The notes under the pieces are model-generated. The model searched no databases and was not told the DNA's origin. It saw only the letters and a program-made list of their open reading frames with translations. From NCBI GenBank assembly GCA_964016885.1, contig OZ024747.1, forward strand, positions 69,440,001 to 69,504,000: a DNA stretch of 64,000 nt, in the 5' to 3' direction. This stretch comes from Eledone cirrhosa. Taxonomy: Eukaryota. Made by a program: the position numbers and the translations under genes. This document shows positions 1 to 12,965 of the stretch, piece after piece. Each line of letters starts with the position of its first letter. The first letter of the stretch is position 1.

Positions 1-45
<45 letters not shown>

Positions 46-567
46 TAAGTTAGTTTGATTACCAGGGAATAAGGGAGTAGAACTGGTGGTTCTGAATATA
101 TATATATATTCATATATATATATGCGTGTGTATGTACGTTTGTGTGCATGCGTATGTGTGTAACATAATACACCGTAAGCAACAATTCATAATTATATAT
201 AAAGAATAAAATAGACCTTCATTGGTTTCTATAATCATTGTTCAGTTTGTCCGATCAACATAACAGCCTGGTACAGTGCATTCGACGACTTCTACATAGT
301 TTCCCCATATCCTCTTTCTGTTACTGGGTTTATGTGGGTCATCCTAATTTATGGTAATGACGCTTACTTAAGATGCCATGCAGTAGGATTGAACTTGGAA
401 TTTTACTATTGCAAAGCTAACTTCGTAGCCCATTCGAGTGGACTGCAACTCTATATTGATACATTGTATTTTTTATTCTTATATACTTTTAGTGGTTTCA
501 GTCATGCCTTAATATGCCACGTATATTCACACCTGTATACAAGCACACACGTGTGCGTGTGTGTTGA

Positions 568-735
568 ACTTACGATCAGAATGTCGTGGGTTCGAATCCT
601 GGATTAAGTTGTGTGTTATATTCTTGTGCAAAGCACTACATTTCACGTTGCTCCAGTATACTAAGTCAAAACGTTTTATAAGCAATAGCTGGGGATTTAA
701 CCCTGCAATGGACTGACGACATGTCCAAGGAGGAG
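568..735 (+). mobile_element. Second tRNA-derived SINE family, diverged
   Basis: B box GGTTCGAATCC then tttcacgttgctccagt; related minus-strand copies at about 20995-21135 and 46205-46450. Confidence 0.6.
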
Positions 736-1932
736 TCTATTTTGACACTTCTTGCATAAAGTATTAAAACGTATTTAAAAAAATAGGATTTATACATTAT
801 ATTCTATAATTAAAAATAATTTAAACCATAGATATGTATTAAGTATTTACTTAATTCAATCTATAAGAAATAGCTATCAATGAGAAACGTGGGTTTGTTT
901 TAGAGTGACATTTTCATTATTTTGATTTATCTGAGTTAAATATACTAGGATTTAACAATTTAACCTTCTTTGTGGGGCATTACCTTCATCTAACGCCTTA
1001 TCGATGTGCCGCAGGGTACCATTTGGATATCACGGCAGTAAAGAAAACAAAGGGTCCGAGAAAAGGTTGAGAAAATAGAGAAGTTGTTTTCAATAACTTC
1101 AAACTCCAGTCTTTGATTGAAATAGGAAATAAATGGAGGTGGAAATTTGGGAAATAAAATATTTTCACCATTCATTTTCTTTTATGTTTCATAGTACTTA
1201 CCAACATTACCAATGCATATAAACATATAGAATTCTAACGAGCAAATGTACACGTTGAATGGGACAAGAATATGTGCTAAACCATCGGTAGACCACGTGA
1301 TACAGATAACATATCTGGTTTTTATTACCTTAAGTAGGTATTAATATTAGGACTAATAGTATTGAGAACTGTATGGCCAGAGTAAACTCTTGGTTAGCCT
1401 AGTCCATAAATTGATTTTAATTCTGAGTTATAACTATATCATTTCACTTAGATTATAAATGATATTGAAAAAGTTATTAATGTCACCAACATTCATTTCA
1501 TAACTCGTATAAATTTGAGGCTTTGTCCCTATATAAGAAACCAATTTTAAGGTGGGATTTGATTGGATACATCCGTATCCTAAGTATGCTTGAGCAGAGA
1601 TGATATGGGCTAACCCCCCCCCCCCCCAGTACCACCACTACCACCACCGTAACAGCAACAACAAAAACAATCATTTTAAAAGATCATATTGTCTAAGAAC
1701 TTGTGAGAAGAAAAAGTATATTTTCACTATATGCAAATCAAAATAAAAACCCTACCATGTCTTCAATAGCTATGGCTAATAAGAATTAAAAGTCTGTAAA
1801 TCTAATTCTAATATCAAGTTTATTTATCATGTAAGTAAGATATGTATTTCTTTTCTCATTTAGATAAAAACTATCCGAGAGTTTGAAGGTTCGTATCATA
1901 ATCACTTGCATTATATTTTAAGCTAAAGCTAA

Positions 1933-2105
1933 GGGCGGTGTTTTGGTAGAATCGGTAGAGCATCGGACAACATGATTTGCGGTATATAGTTACCCTTTTA
2001 TGTCTGAGTTGAATCTCACCTAGGTGAGCTTTGCTTATTAACCTTACGAGGTCTATAAAATAGAGTACCAGTAACGTACTGAGGTCGATTTAACCAATTT
2101 TCCCT
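1933..2105 (+). mobile_element. SINE family 1, diverged (long 3' form)
   Basis: Similarity to 21895-22072. Confidence 0.75.
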
Positions 2106-2129
2106 TCTTCCCCTTATTCCTGAGATGTT

Positions 2130-2310
2130 TGTGTGGACAGAGTCCTCAATCACTCCTTCCAGCGTGTCCTGTCAGAAGCAACCGTCTCCAACTGATCCGG
2201 CTGGATCCCCAAGCGAGACCACCCAAACCCATGATGGATGTTATCCAACCATCTTGCTCCGGGTTAACTCCTGGGTCTCCTACCGGTTGGTTTTGCCCGA
2301 AAAATCTGTT
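2130..2310 (-). mobile_element. 3'-terminal fragment of the same RTE-like family as 11340-12106
   Basis: Shares catggatgttatccaaccatcttgctc..gg and flanking sequence with 11345-11520. Confidence 0.7.
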
Positions 2311-2623
2311 ACCATCCTAGGAGACCAGCCTTGAAAGATGTTGAAAAATAAGTACAAAATATATTGTCTCGAAGATTGTAACTGCACGAATGCGGTTAAT
2401 GCCACCTAACAACAAAATAATTTCAGTTGTCATCGAAACTTTGAGCTTGATAATAGTAATACAAAGCGGGCTATATTGGGTAAATAGACCTCGAATCATA
2501 AATTGATTTACTCTTGTTGGCACTAGACAGTACACAGTACTGTTTTTCTAAGGTCAATTTTTCAGACCCGACAGGCAGTAGAGGATTCAGTAATCATCGT
2601 ATTTAGTGTGCAAAGTATCCATA

Positions 2624-2814
2624 ATAATTGTTTCTAACTTTGGTACAAGGCCAGCAATTACCCCAGTGCATTACTGGTGCTTTATTTTATCGACCCCGTA
2701 AGCATTTGAAACAAGTTAACCTCGGCAGGATTTGAACTCAGAGTGTAACGGGACATGACTCTGTGCTGAAAAGTATTATGTCTGACACACTACCGATACT
2801 GCCAATCCACCGCC
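2624..2814 (-). mobile_element. SINE family 1
   Basis: Similarity to 20643-20826. Confidence 0.88.
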
Positions 2815-2817
2815 TAA

Positions 2818-3028
2818 TAACAGTTTCGAATGTAGGCGCAAGTTCAACAATTTAAGGTGAGGGGAAAGTTAAATAAATCGACCCCATTACTTGACTGGTG
2901 ATTAAATTTATCGATCACTGAAAGATGAAAAGTAAATTTGAGCTCACCAAGTATTGAACACAGAACGTAGAACGCCGGAACAAATGCTGCAAGGCATTTT
3001 ATCCAAAGCTACAGCTATTCTGTCAATT
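2818..3028 (-). mobile_element. SINE family 1, diverged (long 3' form), adjacent to the previous copy
   Basis: aatcgaccccattacttgactgg...ttatcgat...gatgaaa core. Confidence 0.7.
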
Positions 3029-3656
3029 GAGAAAATGCTATTAAAATGAATAAAATAAATAGATAGATATATAAATAAATAATAGAAATTCTTGACGGTA
3101 GAACAATAAAATCAGTTTTATTTCGTACTGTCAGCTAAAAGGTCTATTTAAACATAAGCTGTTTGTTTGTTTTGTTTTTATCGCAAACGAAAACGCAATA
3201 CCAATCATATTGTATGTATTAATTCATGAAAATACTATGTCAACTGACTTAACATAAAGATCCTTACTATGCTACTTTTAATAAGAAGTCTCTTTATGTT
3301 TTGTTGACAAACTGGTGACATGTTTTGTGTTGTTTCTTTCTAGTCTTTGTGTATCCATTAAGATAGAAACGTGCGTATTGTGTGCATTGTGTGTTTTCTA
3401 TACTTCGTTTTCGATTTTTACTAACGACGGGATTGCTGCTTCTGATGATGGTGGTGGTGGTGGTGAGGGTTTGGGGGGTGAGAGGGTGATAGTGGTGGTA
3501 ATGGTAGTAGTGGTATTGGTAGGGGTGGTAGTGGTGGTTTTAGTGGTGGAAGTATTATTGGTGTTCCGGTTTTCGCTGCTGAACAATAATATCATTTGTT
3601 TCACTTATGAAACCATACACCATATTCGTATGTGTACACACAGGCACGATCAAAAA

Positions 3657-3695
3657 AACACACACACACAGACAGACACAGACACACACACACAG

Positions 3696-3777
<82 letters not shown>

Positions 3778-3817
3778 TTGCGTGTGTATTTTTGCATCTG
3801 TATATATATATATATAT
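3657..3817. repeat. (CA)n then (TA)n microsatellite; similar simple repeats at 1-41, 4027-4095, 5140-5630, 12106-12210, 21137-21326, 22990-23240, 25338-25487, 27010-27110, 28233-28367, 40543-40644, 42255-42370, 45325-45470, 46450-46562
   Basis: Direct reading. Confidence 0.95.
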
Positions 3818-3948
3818 ATAGGAACGAGTAGGACCCCGACGGCTGAGCTCAAGCCGTTTCGACGGCTAATTCTGGACTAAATGATTTAGTCCAGAATTAG
3901 CCGTCGAAACGGCTTGAGCTCAGCCGTCGGGGTCCTACTCGTTCCTAT
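3818..3948. repeat. Perfect 131-bp palindrome (65-bp arms, 1-nt centre at 3883)
   Basis: ataggaacgagtaggacccc...ggactaaat G atttagtcc...ggggtcctactcgttcctat. Confidence 0.97.
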
Positions 3949-4024
3949 TACCCACTCTACTACCCTAAGTATTGAGTACTTTGGTGCGTTATGGTCCACC
4001 TGGTTCCTTACCACATTTCCTTCG

Positions 4025-4099
<75 letters not shown>

Positions 4100-4268
4100 T
4101 ATATATAAATATGTACATTAATTTTACGGCTGCAAACATATTTCTACATTTATACGCTCTCACGCATGCATTTATTTACATACGCACGCATACACACACA
4201 CACATATATATATATATGTATATATATAAAGAGAAAGTGAGAGAGAGAAGTACAAACTTGCATACATT

Positions 4269-4452
4269 GATTGGCAGTATTGGTAGAGGGTCGGACGCCA
4301 TGCTTTGACGCATAGAGTTACGACCCTTTATGATCTGAGTTCAAATACCGCCGAGGTTAACTTTACCTTTCATCCTCACGGGGTCGATAAAATAAAGTAC
4401 CAGTAATACACTGGAATAATTGCTGGCCTTGTGCTAAAAATAGAAACAATTA
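4269..4452 (+). mobile_element. SINE family 1
   Basis: High similarity to 21895-22072. Confidence 0.9.
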
Positions 4453-5572
4453 TATATATATATATCTACCCGGCGGCTGTTAGGGCAAGACGTGTTTTCT
4501 TGGGCTCTGCTAGAGTCAGCAGCAACACACAACCACGTGTTGCTACACACAAGGGAAAGAAAAAAATGATGAGACCAATAGCGATATGTACATTTATATC
4601 TAAATATTGTTATTATCATTTACAGATGTCCCTCTGTGTTTAATGTAAAAACATGTTCATTAGTATATGTGTTGTTATTTCTGTTTACAGTTTACATACA
4701 TATATATATCAATGCTTACGTGGACCTCTCAAAATTCATTGGATTTTCTAATTGGATTTTCACCCCGAAACTGGATACCAACCCTGAGTACACCTGAACT
4801 TCCACCAGGAAATCTTTGGTATCATTGAAATTTTCTTTGCTTCTTATATATTATATATATACTTGTCCGCCATTGCAAAAGGCCATAAATTCAAAATTTT
4901 GAAGAGAGAAGAAAAAGACAAGTGAACTGTGAACTTGTACATCTCACTGACCCCCACAACCACAATAACGTCTACACTCGCTCCCCACCATCACCACATT
5001 ACTCATTACTCTATCTAAGGTGGCTGACCTGTTGACATACTGCTAATTCTTTTGATGTATGTATGTGTATATACATATATATATATATGTGTATGTATGT
5101 GTGTATATGTATATCTCAGTGGATGCGACCAGATTTCAACACAGCAACAACTACAACTACAACAACAACAGTAGCGACACCACCAACAACAACAACAACA
5201 ACGGCAACAACACCATTGTCTGTGTTGAATATGTGTGTATGTATGTATTTATATATATGCGACTACAATAACAGCATCAACACCATTGTCTGCAGAATCA
5301 GTGAAATGAAGAACAACAACGGCAGCAGCAGCAACAACAACAACAACAACAACAGCAGCAACTACAATAACAACTACAGCAACAACAACTGCCACCACCA
5401 TCACTGAACATCCATCACCATACTGACACCATCCACCACCATTCACCACCACCACCACCATTACCAGCGTAAAGCAAACAATTATTATTATTATTATATA
5501 AAAACTGAACTGGACTGGGAAAAGTCAACAGTTGACATGATTTTGATTTTGTATTTGTATCAGTACTGCCGG

Positions 5573-5640
<68 letters not shown>

Positions 5641-5778
5641 TTGTGAGTGGTGTGTGTGTTTGTATGCATGAATGAGTGTTGGTATGTGAGTGGCGTGTGT
5701 GTGTTTGTGGTTTGTATGCATGAGTGTTGGTGTGTGAGTGTGTGTGTGTGCGTCGTGTCAATAAGTTTTTTTTTTTTA

Positions 5779-8700
5779 TGACCATGCTGTAAAATGGAGG
5801 GGTAGAGAGGGCCCTTGAGTCTAGTAAGACATCCTCTCTAGTGCTAGTGGCACAAATAAAAGCACCCAGTCCATGCTGTAAAGCGGCGCTGGTGTTAGGA
5901 AGGGCATCCAACCAGTGTATCAATGCCAAAAGGCTTATCAGCACAGCAACAAATAGGAACAACAACAAAATATGAAGACGTCGCATCTCAGAGTTGCAAC
6001 ACTTAATGTTGGCACTCTCAGAGGTGCCTCTGCGAGACTAGTCGTAGGCAAACGTCTTAGCTATAAGCTATTCTGGGTAGGTAAGGATGATGGGTTAGGG
6101 GGAGTAGGCATTTTCCTGGCTGAGAAATGGATCAATAAGACAATAGAGGTAGTTCGAGTTAGTAATCGAATAATTAAGCTTAGATTAGTTGTAGGCAAGA
6201 GATTATTGACAATCATCTCGGCCTATGCTCCCCAAGCAGGCCTAGGCAAAGATGAGAAAGACTGCTTTTACGAGCAACTTTTACAAACAACCGCAATGAC
6301 AGAGGACGGAGACATCGTTATGCTAGCAGGAGACTTCAATGGTCATGTTGGACAGCTCCAGGATGGTTACACTGGGGTACATGGTGGGCACAGTTACGGC
6401 TCAAGAAATGAAGAAGGAGTGAGACTTCTTGAATTTTGTGATGCAGGTACATGGACTATTTGCAACACAAACTTCCAGAAACCTGCCAATCACCTAATAA
6501 CCTACAAATCTGGTGAGCACATAAGCCAGATTGACTTCTTACTAGTTAGGCAGCGGGACAGGCAGATAGTGTCTAATACCAAGGCATACCCTGGGGAAGA
6601 ATGTACCCCCACAGCATAGGTTAGTTGTTAGTGATATCTCAGTAAGCAAGAGATGGAATAAGACATATAGGAAGGTGTGGAGAAGAAAGGTCTGGAAGCT
6701 AAAAGCCCTTTCACTAAAATACAAATTTAGGAAAGCCCTTCAAGATGTATATGACGAAAAAGAAGACGATTTAGTGACGTATGACATAGATAATAACTGG
6801 AATTTCTTACGTGACAACTTGCTGCAGGCTACTGATGAAACTTGTGGCTGGAGCAGAGCTCTAACCAGACAGAGAGTGACCTGGTGGTGGAACAGCACAG
6901 TAGATAAGGCCATTAGAGACAAAAGACTAGCATGGAAGGCTTGGAAAAAGGGTGGGAGTAGGGAAGAATATACAGCCACTAAGAGAGAAGCTAGACGTCA
7001 GGTGTACTTAGCACGCAGGGAGGCGGAGAGTAGGAGGTTTGCCAATGTTCTGCGACGGGAAGATCAGAGGCGTGCGGTGTTCCACATTGCAAGGCAGTGT
7101 GTCAATGCAAATCAGGATGTTGTTGGAGATAAATGTGTCTGGGATGATGCCGGTGTACTTAGTGTCACGAATGATCAGAAAAAGGAGGCCTGGAAATGTC
7201 ATTATGAGAGACTGATGAATGTGGAGAACTAATGGGAGAGAAAGAAATTACCCTTAGTAGATCCGACAGAGGGACCAGCTATTGAGATTGACGAATATAG
7301 GGTCCAAGAAGCGATTAGGGAAATGAAAAATGGTAAGGCTGCTGGACCATCGGGAATAGTTGCTGAGATGCTGAAGGCATCAGGGGACGTAGGCACTAAA
7401 CTGGTTGCACGCATCATCAATCAGGCTATATATGATGGTGTCATACCCAAAGACTGGTGCAGCAGTATTCTCATAAATTGCTACAAAGGTAAAGGGGATG
7501 CTCTGGAGAGGAGCAATTATATGGGTATAAAACTGATAGATCAGGTTATGAAAGTGGCAGAAAGGATATTAGCACAGCTAATTAGAGAAAGGGTCAAACT
7601 AGATGAGATGCAGTTTGGTTTTGTGCCTGGGAAGAGTACAACAGATGCCCTCTTCTTGGTGAGACAATTGCAAGAGAGGTTCTTAGAGAAAAATAAGCCA
7701 CTATACTTAGCCTTTGTTGACCTAGAGAAGGCCTTTGATAGGGTACCCCGATCTGTCATCTAGTGGTCCCTAAGGAAGCTAGGTGTTGAGGAATGGCTTA
7801 TGAGGACAGTGCAAACTTTGTACAGAGGTACTCTCAGTAAAGTCAGGGTAGGAATGGAGTTTAGTGAGGAATTCCAGATACAAGTAGGAGTACATCAGTG
7901 TTCGGTCCTCAGCCCGCTCTTGTTCATTATAGTCCTCCAAGCCATAACAGAGGAGTTTAAGACTGGCTGTCCATGGGAACTTCTCTATGCTGAAGATCTG
8001 GTTCATATAGCAGAATCAGTAGAGGAGCTAGAGAATAAATTCTGGCTATGGAAACAGCAGTTGGAAGCAAGAGGACTGAGAGTGAACCTAGCTAAGACAA
8101 AAGTGTTGATGAGTAGAAAAGAGGACAAAACCCTGATTCCGTCAGGGAAATGGCCATGTTCGATATGCAGAAAAGGAACTGGCATAAATTCTATAAAATG
8201 CACACAATGCAGATCCTGGGTACACAAGAGATGTAGCGGGATAGCAGGCAAACTAACAGGTAGGGTGAAATATGTATGCAGTAGATGTACAGGGAAATTA
8301 GACAGTAGAAGTCGCATTGATAGACACATTTTTCAAATGCAGGAGGGCGCTATAGAAGTGGTGGATAGCTTCCGGTACCTAGGAGATCAGATTAGTATGG
8401 GAGGAGCGTATTCCGAGGCCATAGTATCTAGAATAAGGACGGGTTGGAAGAAGTTTAGGGAGCTGCTTCCTCTGTTGACGAAGAAGGGTTTCTCCCTGCG
8501 TACGAAAGGCAGGTTGTATGATGCCTGTGTGAGGAGCGCAATGCTGCATGGTAGTGACACATGAGCAGCAACTGCAGAGGATATGCGACGGCTGGAGAGA
8601 AATGAGGCAAGCATGCTCCGTTGGATGTGCAGTGTAAATGTGCGTGAACGACCCAGCATAAATGTGTTGAGAGAGAAACTGTGTCTGAGGGGGATAGAAT

Positions 8701-8983
8701 GTAGTGTACGGGAGAGGAGACTGAGGTGGTATGGACATGTGATGCGCATGGAGGATGACCGATGGGTGAAGAAGTGACAGGAAATGCCAGTTGAAGGAAG
8801 ACGTGGTAGGGGTAGACCACGAAAAACATGGGCGGAGATGGTGAGAACAGACCTCAGATCATTGAAGCTCACGGTGGAGATGACGAAGGACCGTGACGAG
8901 TGGAGAGATGCTGTGCTGAATAAGACCCGTCCCACCCTTGAAAGCAGGGAAGAGCGGACGTAAAATGATGATGATGATGATGA

Positions 8984-8987
<4 letters not shown>
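5779..8987 (+). mobile_element. Near-full-length, inactivated RTE-clade LINE
   Basis: Single-ORF layout APE-RT-PHD-C-terminus (GRGRPRKTW); stop at 8961-8963 followed by an (ATG)n tail. Confidence 0.93.
5972..8963 (+). pseudogene. RTE ORF (APE + RT + PHD finger), disrupted
   Basis: TLNVGTL, SAYAPQ, AGDFNGHVG, QFGF, FVDLEKAFDRV; catalytic motif reads YAED; one frameshift in the C-run at about 6606-6610; in-frame stops at 7230, 7761, 8562 and 8775. Confidence 0.92.
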
Positions 8988-9027
<40 letters not shown>

Positions 9028-10166
9028 TTATCCTCACACAAGCGTGCATATTGCGGCTCTTTCTTTCTGCGTTCAAATCCCCTACGGTTCGTGTGTGTGG
9101 TAGTCTTAACCAGTTAATATCTCACATGGCTTTACAACATCTCCAAGCCTTCGTTGCCTTTATTACACTCAACTCTGTTGCAAACATTCTGCGCATGTCA
9201 CCAATGTTACGATATTTTACTATCTAACTCCGGTTAGTGCTTGAAAATTAGATACAGCTATCATGGTGATAATACCGGTTATATATTCAACAGGTTACAA
9301 CTATTAACTCACATATTTGTTGTTTCTTATCTTTATCTTGTGTAATTCTATTAGAACAGCTGCTGCCTTTCTGAACCGTCTATACCGAAAACGTTCCTAC
9401 GTCGACTCACTAAATCCATTTTCCAATCCTTCCTCCCTAGGACTGAGCTCCTCACGACTCCCAAACCGATTCATATTTCTTTTACAGCGTAAGGTCTCCC
9501 CATTCCATATAGCATGGAGTGCAAAGGTGACAAGCACTGTACTTCCTCTTCTGACTATCTTATAAAATGAAAATTATGAGTCCCTAGCAAACATTAAGTC
9601 GTAAAGACACCAGTGATGATTTGAACTTACTGCAACATATCTACTAAATCAAATGAATCTAGTTGAGTCTATCTATCAAAGCTTACTCATAAGATAGAAG
9701 AGAACATAGCTCAACAAGCTCAGGAAGGGCTGCTTACTGTGGTGATCTGTATATGCCATGGGACCAATGTAGAATTAGATGCCTTAAGACATTAATACAG
9801 TTGTTTAGCCACAAGATATGTGATGAGACAAGAATAACTATTATTCAAAGGAAATTATAACTGTAGTAAGAAAAGTATTGATGGAATTTAGTCTGAAGGA
9901 GAGCAAGGAAGAGAATGTTCAGATTCAAAAGACCAAAACATAAACGGGAATGTTCCGAAAAGTGAAACGTATCTATAGACATGTTGATACAATGTGATGC
10001 TTATTACTGTAGAATTTGTTGTGCACCTATGCGTCTGTTTGTCATAAAGGTGGGTGACGGTTGTGCTATAATATTTCGATAGTCTGTCGTATTCAAATAA
10101 TGTTCAGCAGGAACGAAAGAAATAGTGAAGATATAATGTTAGAATAACGGGTAATAGATAAGAAAA

Positions 10167-10355
10167 TAATTGTTTCTATTTTTGGCACAAGGCCAGCAAT
10201 TCCCCAGTACATTACTGGTACTTTATTTTATCGACCCCGTAAGGATGAAAGGCAAAGTTAACCTCGGCGGGATTTGAATTCAGATCATAAAGGGACGTAA
10301 CTATACTGGAAAGCATGGCGTCCGACCCTTTACCGATTCTGCCAATCCGCCGCCC
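10167..10355 (-). mobile_element. SINE family 1
   Basis: High similarity to 20643-20826. Confidence 0.92.
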
Positions 10356-11029
10356 TTAATTATAATTATAATGATAATTATGATGGAGTTGTGGCAGTTG
10401 GTGGTGATGATGATAATAATGATTAATATCATGGTGATGATGATGGTAGTTATGCAAATGTGAGGATGAGCATGACGGTGTTAGTGATGATGATGATGAT
10501 GGCAAAAACGAATTTCAAATATATTATTTGAATGCCTCAATCTGGAATATAAAACAGATGCTACGTTATTGTCAAACCATATAACCTCACACCATGTGGT
10601 GATACATAAATGCATTTATGCCTTATGGATCGATAGAAACGAGGAAACATTGTCAGGTGGAAAACTTTGAAACGTGGAAATATTTGAATAAAAATAAACT
10701 TCAGCAGGAAACTATCACTAACTTCAAGCTTGACAATAATGAAATACACTGACTAGATATCACCAGCTTATATACAACAGACGAATGTGAGCTGACGGTG
10801 GAGCATCTGCACTGTTACTGGATCTTCAAGAAATAATGCAAGTCTCCTCCGAATCCTAATGTTACATCAATTGAAAAGGAAGAACATATTAGGGAATGTA
10901 TTCCTGAACACATTATTTGAAAATAGAATTGGAGGATCATAATTAAAACGCTTTGGTATATTGATAGATCAGGGATGAACTGGCAATTAGAATGTCAAGT
11001 GTCAATATTTCATTTAACTATATGATTTC

Positions 11030-11122
11030 TAAAATAAAGTACCAGTCACGTACTGGAGCCAATTTAATCGACTTTTCCCTCCCTTCAAATTGTTGGCCTT
11101 GTGCCTAAAGTATAAACAATTA
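11030..11122 (+). mobile_element. SINE family 1, 3' fragment (long form)
   Basis: aaaataaagtaccagt...tggccttgtgcctaaagta. Confidence 0.75.
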
Positions 11123-11339
11123 TTTGCAGAAACACCAGTAATATCACCAACATCATTGGATTGCAATATACTTTTATCAACGAGAAAGGCCGCAATAGTG
11201 ACCAATGGTATTAAACCAACTGAAAACAGATGATATATGGTGGTGCGTAGACGAATGTTTTTAAGGCGTTAGATCTCCGGATTGAGAGTATTGTCTTTTT
11301 GTTTTGATTCAATGCATTCTGAATTCAAATTCTCACCAA

Positions 11340-12101
11340 GGGTCGTGCGGACACAGTCTTCAAACATGCCATCCAGTAGGTCCTGTCTGAAGCAACTGTT
11401 TCCAATTGATCTATCTGGATTCCCAAGTGAGACCAGTCGAGCTCATGGATGTTATCCAACCATCTTGCTCGGGATATACCCCTGGGTCTCCTGCCGTTGG
11501 TTTCGCCCGTAATATCTGTCCACCGACTCTTTCCTGAGACATTTTAACCACATTTCTACAGTATCAGAACTGTTGTTTCTCATTTCTGGGAGGTAGCAGC
11601 TCTTACTAAAATGACTCCTTGATCTCCGACCTACTCAATTTATAGAGTAACATTACTCCAAAGACTCTTCGGGGGAATCCCATTTCGGTCGCCTGTATTC
11701 GCGATCGTATATATACTGGTATTCCACAAGATTTCTGATCATAAGTAAGGGTAACTAAAAATACCGAATTGAAAATTGGGATTTTGGCTTTTACACCTAT
11801 CTATATTCTGTTGACCAAATTCTGAAGCTGGTGCATTACTGCGTCAGCTCCTGCAATTCTTGCACATAATTCAGCCTCTTGCTTTCCATCTCTTGTGAGT
11901 ACATCCCCCACAACACATGAACCTCTCCACCTGATTCAGTAGAACTCCAATCACATGTAGTGTGCACTGCACAAGCTTCAGAGGACGAGTCTCAGTCTTT
12001 GCAACACTAATTTTCATTCCTGCCATGCAGCACACGGCAGCAAACCTGTCAAGTATATGTCGGAGATCACCTTCTGATGAGTTAAGTAATACAATGTAAT
12101 C

Positions 12102-12106
<5 letters not shown>
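11340..12106 (-). mobile_element. Degenerate RTE (Expander-like) LINE, 3' portion
   Basis: YADYIVLL...GMKISVAKTE in ORF 11871-12257; 3' end homologous to 2130-2310. Confidence 0.75.
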
Positions 12107-12171
<65 letters not shown>

Positions 12172-12807
12172 GAGAGAGAGAGAGAGTGTGTGTGTGTCTG
12201 TGTGTGTGTGTCTAAGATGTGAGGAGCGAGATGACCATAAATTAAGGTAGTATACATTGTGTGTGTGTGTGCACTATTTATTATTTATAATTTGAAAACA
12301 AAAAATCAATTTGAAGAAGACACCAATCTGCCCAAATCTTATTTTTCACGGCTGTTTTAGTAGATGTTTCATTGCTTAAATGAAAGAAGACATGATATAT
12401 TGATTAAGTGCTGCGGACATAATTTACCTAATTCCAATATTTTCAGTGATATCAATGATAGAATGGCGTGTTTCTTAAGATAAAGAAAAAAGTAGGAAAA
12501 TCATGAAGAATTAACTAATTTATCGTTGCTGCTGCCTAAGTAGCTTTTTGAGAGTCAAATTCAGTCAAATCAAAGATAAACCTCAGGTGAAAAGAACACC
12601 AGTGAATAACGATGTTTGTTCATATATTGGCATGGTCCTGTATCTCCTGGGGGAGTTGTAGGGGCGCTGTATTGATATACGGCGGTTCTGGGGCATTTTA
12701 AGTCTGGTGGAGCCCATCCTTCTCCAGACCTGAGTACAGCAGATTTCTTCCAGAGAAAATAGAAAGTGAGAGAGAGGAAATGAGAAAGAGATATAGAGGA
12801 AGAATCC

Positions 12808-12965
12808 ACCCCAGCACTAGACTGGTACTTTTACTTTTTTTATCGACCGCGAAAGGATGAAAGGCAAAGTTGACCTCAGCATGATTTGAACTCAGAGAGC
12901 AGAGAACTGGAACGAATATCATAAAGCATTGTATCCGACCTTCAAACGACTCTGCCAATTCGCCG
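12808..12965 (-). mobile_element. SINE family 1, partial
   Basis: tatcgacc..gaaaggatgaaaggcaaagttgacctc core. Confidence 0.8.

Noticed and set aside
3315-5461. ORFs rich in V/G/T/N/H as host proteins
   Set aside because: They are translations of (GGT)n, (CAA)n and (CA)n repeats with no domain or splice support.
8003-9076. Antisense ORFs over the RTE and CR1-group elements
   Set aside because: Shadow ORFs of the coding strand with no recognisable motifs.
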